In this document: positions 33,763-41,375 of the stretch, in pieces
How positions within the stretch are numbered: position 1 is the first letter of the stretch
Layout: each line of letters starts with the position of its first letter
Assembly: GCA_963711835.1 (NCBI GenBank)
Contig: CAVQFQ010000013.1
Coordinates: 1 to 64,000, forward strand
From: an uncultured delta proteobacterium
GTDB taxonomy: Bacteria > Desulfobacterota > RBG-13-43-22
Length of the DNA: 64,000 nt
Reading direction: 5' to 3'
Notes under the pieces: model-generated
What the model saw: only the letters and a program-made list of their open reading frames with translations
Told to the model about the DNA's origin: nothing
The model's database searches: none
Program-made: the position numbers and the translations under genes

Positions 33763-33879
33763 GGCACCCTCCAGAGTAGATGACCGATGGTGTAAACGGC
33801 CGATATACCCAGGAGGTGGATGATCCACCAGCCGGGAGTGAGAAAACTGATTTTCCTGAAGAAGCCGGTTCTGTTCCAT
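33759..33879 (-). pseudogene. Frameshifted paralogous membrane peptide (FLTPGWWIIH...GH)
   Basis: AAGGAGGG RBS + ATG 33879; the +1 frame reads GFFRKISFLTPGWWIIHLLGISAVYTIGHLLWRVP*, with its stop overlapping the next ATG (ATGA). Confidence 0.6.
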
Positions 33880-34027
33880 GGTTGCCCTCCTTCTCAATTG
33901 ACCCGATTATAACCCATTGGGACTATTTGTTCCAGCAATCCGTTAAATTCCGGGCCGCGCCCCCAATTTTCCCCCCTTCCAAGTCTTGTAATTTTTTAAC
34001 TTTTTGTTTTCATTAATTAATGAAATT

Positions 34028-34043
34028 TGGCACCAATTTAGCT
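34028..34043 (+). promoter_or_regulatory. Putative sigma-54 promoter
   Basis: TGGCACCAATTTAGCT with GG at -24 and GC at -12. Confidence 0.55.
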
Positions 34044-34078
34044 ATATTAAACCGGCAAACAAGGCAATGGGAGGAATC

Positions 34079-34214
34079 ATGGCGGACTTATTTCATCACC
34101 TCTCGCTGGAAACGGAACTCCGCCTTCATCTCCACTGGGTCACCGGCCGGGTTTCCCGGAACGGAAGCGCCCTCGGCCTCGGACTGGCCGACTCCCTCAA
34201 AGAATTCGGCCTTG
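34079..34214 (+). pseudogene. Gene 5' fragment truncated by a repeat element
   Basis: GGGAGGA RBS, MADLFHHLSLETELRLHLHW...KEFGL, then runs into the IR element at 34215. Confidence 0.45.
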
Positions 34215-34510
34215 TTATTAACGGTCTCATAATTATATTTACCTGTTACGTGATGTATCATTTTTCTCTCGCCCGCTCTCTTCGGTCGCTCGAGTTCACA
34301 GAGAGCACAGAGATAATTTTATTTGACTGCCGTTGAGAAGGACGGCAGCCAAAAACCGCCTCAGGCCTTCGGCCATAAGTGCGCGACAGCGCCAAGCCTG
34401 TTTTTCATTGGCGGCCTCTCACCGGCAATGAAAAAATAGAACCTCTGCGACTCTGCGCGCTCTGTGAGAGATCGTCTTTTTAGTCGATATTATTTTGAGA
34501 TCGTTAATAA
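34215..34510. mobile_element. Compound MITE-like element (TTATTAACGRTCTCA ends with a nested CACAGAG/CTCTGTG element)
   Basis: ttattaacggtctcataattatat / atattattttgagatcgttaataa; internal cacagagagcacagag ... ctctgcgcgctctgtg. Confidence 0.7.
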
Positions 34511-34540
34511 TCATTCTATCTGGATAGAGGAGGAACTCAC

Positions 34541-35212
34541 ATGAAATTGCCATTCACCATCGACCAGTTTTTAAATGTTTTTCAAACCTACAACCTGTCC
34601 ATCTGGCCGGCTCAAATCGTCGCTTATATTCTCGGCGCCCTGGCCGTAATATTGGTTCTCAGAAGGACCGTCTCCGGCGACAGGATCATTGCCGGCATTC
34701 TCTCCCTGATGTGGTTGATGAACGGCGCGGTTTATCACCTTATCTTTTTCAGTCCCATCAACAAGGCGGCCTACCTCTTTGGCGCCATCTTCCTCATCCA
34801 GGGCCTCCTCTTTTTCCATGGCGGGGTATTAAAAAACAAGATCACCTTTCGTTGGGAACTTTCTCTTTATTCCCTGTTTGGAGCCCTTTGCCTGCTTTAT
34901 GCCATGCTCATTTATCCCTTATTGGGAGCCCTGGCCGGTCATGGCTATCCAAGGGGTCCCGTCTTTGGGGTGGCCCCCTGCCCGACCACTATTTTCACCT
35001 TTGGGTTGCTTCTCTGGACCCAAAAGCCTCTGCCCAAATACCTGGTCATTATCCCGTTGATCTGGTCTCTTATCGGGTTTGTGGCCGCCTTGCAACTGGG
35101 AATCAGGGAGGATATCGGGCTTCTCCTGGCCGGGGTAATCGGAACCTTTCTGATCGTCCTTAGGGACAGAAAAGGCCGGCCGGCTGAAGTCGCCGGCCGT
35201 TCAAGGACCTAA
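34541..35212 (+). CDS. Membrane protein (DUF6064-like)
   Basis: MKLPFTIDQFLNVF..YN...WP, FGVAPCPTTIFTFG. Confidence 0.8.
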   Translation: MKLPFTIDQFLNVFQTYNLSIWPAQIVAYILGALAVILVLRRTVSGDRIIAGILSLMWLMNGAVYHLIFFSPINKAAYLFGAIFLIQGLLFFHGGVLKNKITFRWELSLYSLFGALCLLYAMLIYPLLGALAGHGYPRGPVFGVAPCPTTIFTFGLLLWTQKPLPKYLVIIPLIWSLIGFVAALQLGIREDIGLLLAGVIGTFLIVLRDRKGRPAEVAGRSRT

Positions 35213-35283
35213 AGGGTTCAGGAGGAAAAAAGATGAGCAGGAAAGACTTGTAAAGGATTATCAATAAGAGGGAGGCCTACCTG
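35055..35283 (+). repeat. Direct repeat copy 1 (3' end of DUF6064-like gene and downstream DNA)
   Basis: Aligns by eye with 36385-36837 once the IS200-type insert is removed. Confidence 0.85.
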
Positions 35284-35675
35284 AGGTGGTCCCCAAAAAC
35301 TGGACAATGTGCTAAGCTCAGCCGTGCGAGGTACGAGCATCGGCTTGAGCGACTTGTTGGGCCTCCCTGCTCATCCCTGTCCTTTAGTCGCTTTCGCCAG
35401 TAGAAAGGTCGCCGTTTCTGATGAGCGCACGCTACGATTCGAATTCGATCGGGATAAACAGCGTAGATCAGATTGTAGGGGAACCGCCACAAAGGCTTCC
35501 TCCGCACTCTCCTTCCGATTCGCTGGGAAGCCTCAGGGTTCGTCAAGATCTGGTCGAGTGCTCGTTCCACTTCTCCGATAAAGTCCGAACCAAGCCCAAG
35601 CTTACGCACCTCGTAGTACTGCGCCGCCTCAGTGACCTCCGCGTCGGCATCGGGATGGAAAGCGAGCAGTTTCAC
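35277..35675 (-). CDS. RelE/ParE-family toxin (reads through attC)
   Basis: FHPDADAEV..AAQYYE...RFPYNLIY...IVACAHQKRRPFYW. Confidence 0.9.
   Translation of the reverse strand: MKLLAFHPDADAEVTEAAQYYEVRKLGLGSDFIGEVERALDQILTNPEASQRIGRRVRRKPLWRFPYNLIYAVYPDRIRIVACAHQKRRPFYWRKRLKDRDEQGGPTSRSSRCSYLARLSLAHCPVFGDHLR
35302..35362 (-). other. attC site (R' end degenerate)
   Basis: GCCCAAC-aagtcgctcaagccg...cggctgagcttagcac-ATTGTCC, ~61 bp imperfect palindrome right after the toxin coding core. Confidence 0.7.
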
Positions 35676-35896
35676 GAGATGGCAGTCCGCGCTCGGCGAA
35701 GTACTTCCTTGGCCGGTATCTCAGTCACCTGTCCTTGCTCCATCTCATCCAGGCGGCGTTCCGCCTCCTCAGCCCACAATGCCTCGATCTCCGCTTCGGA
35801 CAGATCGTCGAGGCTCTCGACTATCCACTTTGCAAGCGCTGCCCGTTCCTTTAAATCCAGCTTCTTGATCTTGGCTTCAATTTCCTTGAGGCTCAT
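35672..35896 (-). CDS. Addiction-module antitoxin
   Basis: ERAALA..IVESLD...WAEEAERRLDE; cassette core GTTGGAT at 35942-35948. Confidence 0.88.
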   Translation of the reverse strand: MSLKEIEAKIKKLDLKERAALAKWIVESLDDLSEAEIEALWAEEAERRLDEMEQGQVTEIPAKEVLRRARTAIS

Positions 35897-35976
35897 ATGC
35901 CCCTCCTTCAGTGTTCAAAGTGATATTGTCATTCATTCCCGATCCAACAATTGGATCAGATAGTGAAAAGTGAAAA

Positions 35977-36377
35977 GGGGACGCTGGTAAGAAAGTAAGT
36001 ATTTCAGTTGATTAACTTTAACTGATTTTCCTGGGCGATAGCCTCCCCTCTTTCAACCGCGTACCCGACCCCAGGAGCACTTATCCCCAATCGTTTGGCA
36101 GGAATATCTTGCGACGCTCTATCCCGCGGATCATGATGTGGTGCAAAACACCGGGCGCGTCAAGACGAGCTAATCTCGGCATGCACTCATTCATTCCACA
36201 AAAAACCGCCTACGTCAACTTACTTTCTGATTCCTGTGAAGTAACCCTGGTTTTCGAAATAATGATGATTCTCACAATAATTTTTTCTAGTATTTACCGG
36301 ATATTGGAAACAGCATATTTTATTATTTTACTTCAAATCGAATTACTTCTCATGAATCCTTTCTTACCAGCGTCCCC
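35977..36377. mobile_element. Non-autonomous element with 19-bp IRs carrying an internally deleted RAYT/Y1 transposase
   Basis: ggggacgctggtaagaaag / ctttcttaccagcgtcccc perfect IR. Confidence 0.75.
36004..36182 (-). pseudogene. REP-associated tyrosine transposase (Y1) remnant
   Basis: MPRLARLDAPGVLHHIMIRGIERRKIF joined out of frame to C-terminal AKRLGISAPGVGYAVERGE...*. Confidence 0.8.
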
Positions 36378-36384
36378 ATTCCCA

Positions 36385-36837
36385 CGTTGATCTGGTCTCT
36401 TATTGGGTTTATGGCTGCCTTGCAACTGGGGATCAGGGAGGATATCGGGCTTCTCCTGGCCGGGGTGATCGGAACCTTTCTGATCGTCCTTCGGGACAAA
36501 AATGGCCGGCAGGGTGAAATCGCCGGCCGGTCAAAGGCATAGAGGGTTTAATTACTGTTAGGTAAACCCCCGGCTCTGCCGGGGGACCCCCAGAGTTTGA
36601 CAATTCCCCCTCACTCCCCCTTTTCAAAGGGGGAGGTTTCTCCTCCCTTTGGAAAAGGGAGGTCGGGGGGGATTTAAAAAGCATCTTGTTTTTTGTTTGC
36701 GATCAGGCCCCTTCGAGGGGCCAACAAACATCAAGCCTCCGGCTCTGCCGGAGATCAGGTGACTAGGTCAACTCACAGGAGGAAAGAAAGATCAGGAAAG
36801 ACGGGTATAGGATTATCATTAAAAGGGAAGCTTACTG
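36385..36837 (+). repeat. Direct repeat copy 2 (DUF6064-like 3' fragment), interrupted by an IS200/IS605-type element
   Basis: gttgatctggtctctt...gggaggatatcgggcttctcctggccgggg... matches 35055 onward. Confidence 0.85.
36558..36764. mobile_element. IS200/IS605-derived non-autonomous element
   Basis: End hairpins cccccggctctgccggggg and ctccggctctgccggag, gccccttcgaggggc hairpin, no transposase. Confidence 0.7.
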
Positions 36838-37025
36838 GCAGGCGAGAGAGGCAGAATATCTCTGGTTTAAATGGCCGGTATTAGGCCTCGGACTGAGTAT
36901 CATTTTCCACGGACTTGGCTATGAGCGTTATTATAGGTTTCCAGGGATTTCTTGGCCTTCACAACTACTTTGTCACCTCCTTGTGGAAATTGAGGAACTG
37001 CGATCCGGTGGAGAGTAATCTGAGA

Positions 37026-37448
37026 TTAGGACTTTTCTTCTATTTTATTATGTTTCGTCAACTCTATCATTTTATTTTGCCATTCTTCCAAATTCTTTTT
37101 ATGGCCAGTAAAAACTTCTTTGTCAAAAACTTCGTCGTTACCAATTTCCAGCGACTTCATAAGACCAACCAAACTTTCCATCAAAGACTCATAGTCGGAA
37201 GTTACCATTTGCACATAAAGCATATGCTCCTCTAAGGAAACCTTACGATCAATCTTTCTTAAATTAGCATCAGCAAGAAAGCCAAAGTTTGCATTGTGAT
37301 ATTTAAATTTTGCATATATTGCTTTTAACATACCTTGTAATGCCATATACAAAGGTTTCTTGGAATTCCTTCTTTTTTCGATAATAAATAGAGTGGTGGA
37401 AATGATCGTTAAAGCCCAAGCAATCAGCTGATCAATAGGTATTTTCAT
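37026..37448 (-). CDS. Cassette-encoded hypothetical protein with N-terminal TM helix
   Basis: Starts ~20 bp after core site GTTGGGA; low GC. Confidence 0.7.
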   Translation of the reverse strand: MKIPIDQLIAWALTIISTTLFIIEKRRNSKKPLYMALQGMLKAIYAKFKYHNANFGFLADANLRKIDRKVSLEEHMLYVQMVTSDYESLMESLVGLMKSLEIGNDEVFDKEVFTGHKKNLEEWQNKMIELTKHNKIEEKS

Positions 37449-37467
37449 TTTGATCCCTTTCAATAAA

Positions 37468-37564
37468 TCCCAACGTTCGGGGTAACCGGGCACCGGTCGT
37501 GCGAAGCGCGACGGGAACCCAACGGCGACGCCGTTGGGCGTTTCTATTGATGCCGGGGTTAGGC
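37468..37564 (-). other. attC site
   Basis: GCCTAAC (contains the upstream gene's TAA)...palindromic body...GTTGGGA, 97 bp. Confidence 0.85.
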
Positions 37565-38266
37565 ACGTTTCATCGCATCACCCAGTTCTTTCCAGAAATC
37601 AATCAACGCATCTCGGTACTGCTGTACGTCCGTTATTGCGACATACAAATCCTCGCCAACAAGCGGAAGGAACACACGCGGTACAATCTTGCCGAAGGAA
37701 AGACCGAGCCCGATTGTTTTGGGGTGCTCAAACAGATCTGGCCTCAGTTGATGAAGTTCTTTCGCAGATTTCCCCTCGGCATGCTTCACCGTGTTCGAAA
37801 CGAGTCGTAGCTCGTCGACTCTTGCCCATGAGGAAAACATTTTGATATCAATCGCCAACGCCTTCAGGCGCTTCTGAAACTCACTTATCTGAAAAAGCTT
37901 GGGGTTATTCTCGTCATGTAAATCCAAAACCTGCTTGCGGAGGAACAACATGACTTGCTGCTCGAATATGTGGTAAAGGGCGGCGGCGAAGAGATTAATC
38001 ATGCCCTGGCGAATGCCGTCTATCAACATATAGTGGGAAATCCCAGCTTCCTCGGCGGCCTCAGCAAAGTCGGAAGGATCCTCGTCCCCAGTTCCAGGCG
38101 CAGACATGAACGCTTCCCAGGTCTCCTCAGAAATGGCCCGGGCCTCTTCCTCAATCCCAGCAAACGCTGGCAGCATTCGTTTCTCCAGCGCCTCAACAAT
38201 CGCGCGAAGCTGTGGCACAAACTTATGCCGGAATACCCGGGTCCAGAAGTGATGATTCAAGACCAT
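37559..38266 (-). CDS. Cassette-encoded HEPN-like protein
   Basis: YHIFEQQ and ELRLVSNTVKH (R...N..KH) motifs; stop lies inside the attC inverse core. Confidence 0.65.
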   Translation of the reverse strand: MVLNHHFWTRVFRHKFVPQLRAIVEALEKRMLPAFAGIEEEARAISEETWEAFMSAPGTGDEDPSDFAEAAEEAGISHYMLIDGIRQGMINLFAAALYHIFEQQVMLFLRKQVLDLHDENNPKLFQISEFQKRLKALAIDIKMFSSWARVDELRLVSNTVKHAEGKSAKELHQLRPDLFEHPKTIGLGLSFGKIVPRVFLPLVGEDLYVAITDVQQYRDALIDFWKELGDAMKRA

Positions 38267-38285
38267 AGTGTGCTCAACATAACTT

Positions 38286-38360
38286 TTCTAATGCCGCGGT
38301 TAAGTGGGCGGTAAAGGAGCGTAGCGGATTTGCCGATCCATCTTCAACCGCTTGTTAACC
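38286..38360 (-). other. attC site
   Basis: GGTTAAC-aagcggttgaag...cttaaccgcggc-ATTAGAA, 75 bp; G>A at the core site. Confidence 0.8.
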
Positions 38361-38376
38361 CTTTGCCTTATCTTCA

Positions 38377-39102
38377 CTAGATTTCATGCCCAGGCTGAAA
38401 TGCAAGCATTTCTATATGATACGGTCGCCATTGGAAACCGTCATTGTCATTACTGGTAAGGCGCTCGGCAATAGCCTTGCAGAGCCAGGACCCATAGATA
38501 AACCCTAGCCTTTTCTGATTAGGTGCTGTGTCCGCCGCTCTTGGAAAACCAGTCATTGGAGAACCTACTCTCCCCGGTGGCCACGGCAATTTCAATAGAC
38601 TCTCATTCTGGCTGTAACCCAGTGAGTTCCAAATCCCGCTGATTAGCCATTGCAGTCCTCTTGCGCAATAAGAGTCGTAGATGACCCAATTATCAAGGTC
38701 CCACATTTCATAAACTTTTGTAATTGATGCAAGTCTTTCCACGCACAGTTGCCGAAGATCGATAGCCTCCTCGCCAGAGAGCAGATTCAAAGACGAAAGA
38801 CTGGGCTCAAGTTCTTGTCTCATATGACTCGTTAGAGGGGCCATGCCTCCCCAATCCAATATTTTGTTGGCCACATCAAATAATTCATCTTTTCCTGGAC
38901 AGGAGGAAAGGGCCTTGTTGAATTTAAGCCTGGTTCTTTCACCGAACTGATAATCATGCCCCCGAAAAGAATGTCTCCTTAATGTATTCCGCCAGAAGTC
39001 AGGATCGCCTTTCTTGAAGTGATTGATGATAGCAAGAATTGATTCCCCAGCCTTAGCGTTGAATGCTGAATAAGTAAACGGGACTATGGTTCTGAGGGCC
39101 AT
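38377..39102 (-). CDS. Cassette-encoded OGG-fold DNA glycosylase-like protein
   Basis: ILDWGG, TKV, VIYDS, IEMLAF motifs; cassette core GTTAACC at 39127-39133 complements its attC inverse core GGTTAAC. Confidence 0.55.
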   Translation of the reverse strand: MALRTIVPFTYSAFNAKAGESILAIINHFKKGDPDFWRNTLRRHSFRGHDYQFGERTRLKFNKALSSCPGKDELFDVANKILDWGGMAPLTSHMRQELEPSLSSLNLLSGEEAIDLRQLCVERLASITKVYEMWDLDNWVIYDSYCARGLQWLISGIWNSLGYSQNESLLKLPWPPGRVGSPMTGFPRAADTAPNQKRLGFIYGSWLCKAIAERLTSNDNDGFQWRPYHIEMLAFQPGHEI

Positions 39103-39463
39103 GTTTTTATTTTCTCACCTATACTGGGTTAACAAATTATTCTATAGTTTCCGTATAACTTCACAACTCAAAGGGTTCCCTTCATGGATCTATGCAATAC
39201 CAATTCTTATTGCCTATTCACCTCATGATCTTTATCAATTAACTCCTTAAAATAACACAATATCTCTTGACAGTTTTCTTAACAACTCATTTTAGGCTAT
39301 CTGCATATCATGACATTTTTGAGATTGTACAGAAATAGGGGAATTCATCATGCTGGCTATCTCTCCGGATTACGGAGAGAATTTGAACCTTTTGGAATTT
39401 CCATTTCATATTGGACTCCATAAGGTTAGAGGTTTTCTTGGGAGGTTAATAAGGTCTTGGTTT

Positions 39464-39484
39464 GCGTCCCCAACGGGATTTGAA
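39464..39484 (-). other. 21-bp tRNA-Glu 3' fragment (att-like relic)
   Basis: TTCAAATCCCGTTGGGGACGC resembles the T-loop and acceptor strand of bacterial tRNA-Glu. Confidence 0.6.
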
Positions 39485-39486
39485 TA

Positions 39487-40833
39487 TTACTTGGGGCCAA
39501 AGAACGGCAAAAATTCCATCTGATCCAGTTGGTCTATTTTCCCCGGCCTTGGCTTAGCCGGAGGGGCCGATTTCTTCAGCGCCGTTTCGGTGGCCCTTGG
39601 TTTAGACTGGGCTTCTAAAGCCATTCTTGATTTCAGGGCTTCCACCTGTTTGGCGGTTTCGAGATTGGCCGGGTCGATAGCCAGGGCTTTCTGATAATCG
39701 GCTAAGGCTCCCGCCGAGTCCCCCCGACCTTCCTTCGCCTCACCCCGGCCCAGGTAGGCCACCCGGTTTTGGGGATCCAGGCCCAAGGCCTGGTTGAAAT
39801 CGGCGATGGCTCCCTCCAGATTTCCTTTTTCTTTCTGGATCAACCCACGGTTTTTATAGGCCATGGAGGACTTGGGGTCCATGGCAATGGCCCGGTCGAC
39901 GTCCTGCAGGGCCCCGGGGTAATCCTTTTGCAACAGTTTAAGATAGCCCCGATTATTGTAGGCCACCGGATTCGTGGGATCCAGGTTGATTGCCTGATTC
40001 AGGTCGGCGACGGCCCCGCCAAGATCCCCTTGTTCCTTTTTAACGGCCGCCCGGTGGATAAACCCGGGACTGATCTTCGGGTCGATTTCAATGGCTTTAT
40101 TCAAGTCGGCCAGGGCCCCGCCGAGGTCTTTCTGTTTGGTCTTCAGCATCCCCCGGGAGATGTAGGCCCGGATGTTGGTGGAGGGATTCAGCGCCAGGGA
40201 TTGGTTGTAATCGGCCATGGCACCGTTAAGATCGCCCTGTTTTTCTTTGATGATCCCCCGGTGGCAGAAAGCATATTCGTTTCTGGGATTCAATTCGATG
40301 GCCTTGAGCTGGTCGGCCATCGCCCCGTTCAAATCTCCCTTAACGATTTTTATATAACCCCGCTGGGAATAGGCGAGACTCATAGGCACTGTATCTCCCT
40401 TCGGGATCAGTTCAATGGCCTTTTCATAATCGGCCAGAGCCCCGTCCAAATCCCGCCGCCACTCCTTGAGTGTCCCCCGATTGTAATAAGCGAAGCCATA
40501 CTGCGGATTAAGTTCGATGGCCCGCAACACATCGGCCAGGGCCCCGTCATAGTCCTTGTTTCTCCTTTTGGCCAATCCCCGCCAGTTGTAAGCCGGGGCC
40601 AACCTGGGATTCAGGTCCAGGGCCTTGGTCAAAACGGCAATGGCCTCCGGATATCTGCCCTGTTCAACGAAGGTCCTCCCCTTTTCAAGGAAGGTCCTTG
40701 CATTGGGGTCATAAAAAGTTTTGCTATTCTGGCTGTCGGAGATATCCGGGAGGGTCAGACTGAAAAGAAGGCCGATTACAACCAGGAAGAACCGGGGGGT
40801 TTGAAGCGGTTTTTTTGGGGAGACCCATTTCAT
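39487..40833 (-). CDS. Secreted tetratricopeptide-repeat protein
   Basis: ~10 repeats of AYxxRG...GDLxGAxADxxKAIxLxP; N-terminal hydrophobic segment. Confidence 0.92.
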   Translation of the reverse strand: MKWVSPKKPLQTPRFFLVVIGLLFSLTLPDISDSQNSKTFYDPNARTFLEKGRTFVEQGRYPEAIAVLTKALDLNPRLAPAYNWRGLAKRRNKDYDGALADVLRAIELNPQYGFAYYNRGTLKEWRRDLDGALADYEKAIELIPKGDTVPMSLAYSQRGYIKIVKGDLNGAMADQLKAIELNPRNEYAFCHRGIIKEKQGDLNGAMADYNQSLALNPSTNIRAYISRGMLKTKQKDLGGALADLNKAIEIDPKISPGFIHRAAVKKEQGDLGGAVADLNQAINLDPTNPVAYNNRGYLKLLQKDYPGALQDVDRAIAMDPKSSMAYKNRGLIQKEKGNLEGAIADFNQALGLDPQNRVAYLGRGEAKEGRGDSAGALADYQKALAIDPANLETAKQVEALKSRMALEAQSKPRATETALKKSAPPAKPRPGKIDQLDQMEFLPFFGPK

Positions 40834-41166
40834 AGACTGGCTCCTTTCCTGGGTGATGGGTGGGAAGACGGATTAGTGGGACAGAGGAGGAAATGTCGTT
40901 CAAGGGTAGTACATTGGTCCCTCGCCCAAAAAATTAGTCCATAAGATCTTTAACCGGTTAAAAATTTGAGAAAAATTCCTTCGGGATGGAAAGAAGTATA
41001 AAATAAGCTAAATAAGAGATCAAGGAGAAAAAAGAAGAAAGAACAGGGATGGCTAAGGAGGTTAATGGGCATATTATCTCTAAAGCCATACCTTGTCCAT
41101 TATACGGGAGGGGTTCCCCTCATTTTTTTATGGATTTTATTTTTAAAGACGCTAAAATTTTTAGAA

Positions 41167-41286
41167 GTGAAATCACCGGAGCCTATCCAAAAGATCCTTA
41201 AAATATTGCAGAGCCAGGGTGATCCAAAACGGGCGCAGGTTCTGCAAAGGTTTTTCTGGGACCGCCGGATCGATATTGTGGCCCCC
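41167..41286 (+). pseudogene. Internally deleted DNA alkylation repair (AlkD-like) remnant
   Basis: ILKILQSQGDPKRAQVLQRFF joined directly to WDRRIDIVA. Confidence 0.5.
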
Positions 41287-41375
41287 TCGAATAATAAGTT
41301 CTTTTCTACGTCCGGTGAGCCAAAAATAGCTGTCCTTGTCCTGCCTTCCAAGGGCGCCGGAAAATTTTTCACCCT

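Noticed and set aside
39769-40944. 391-aa plus-strand ORF
   Set aside because: Antisense shadow of the TPR gene
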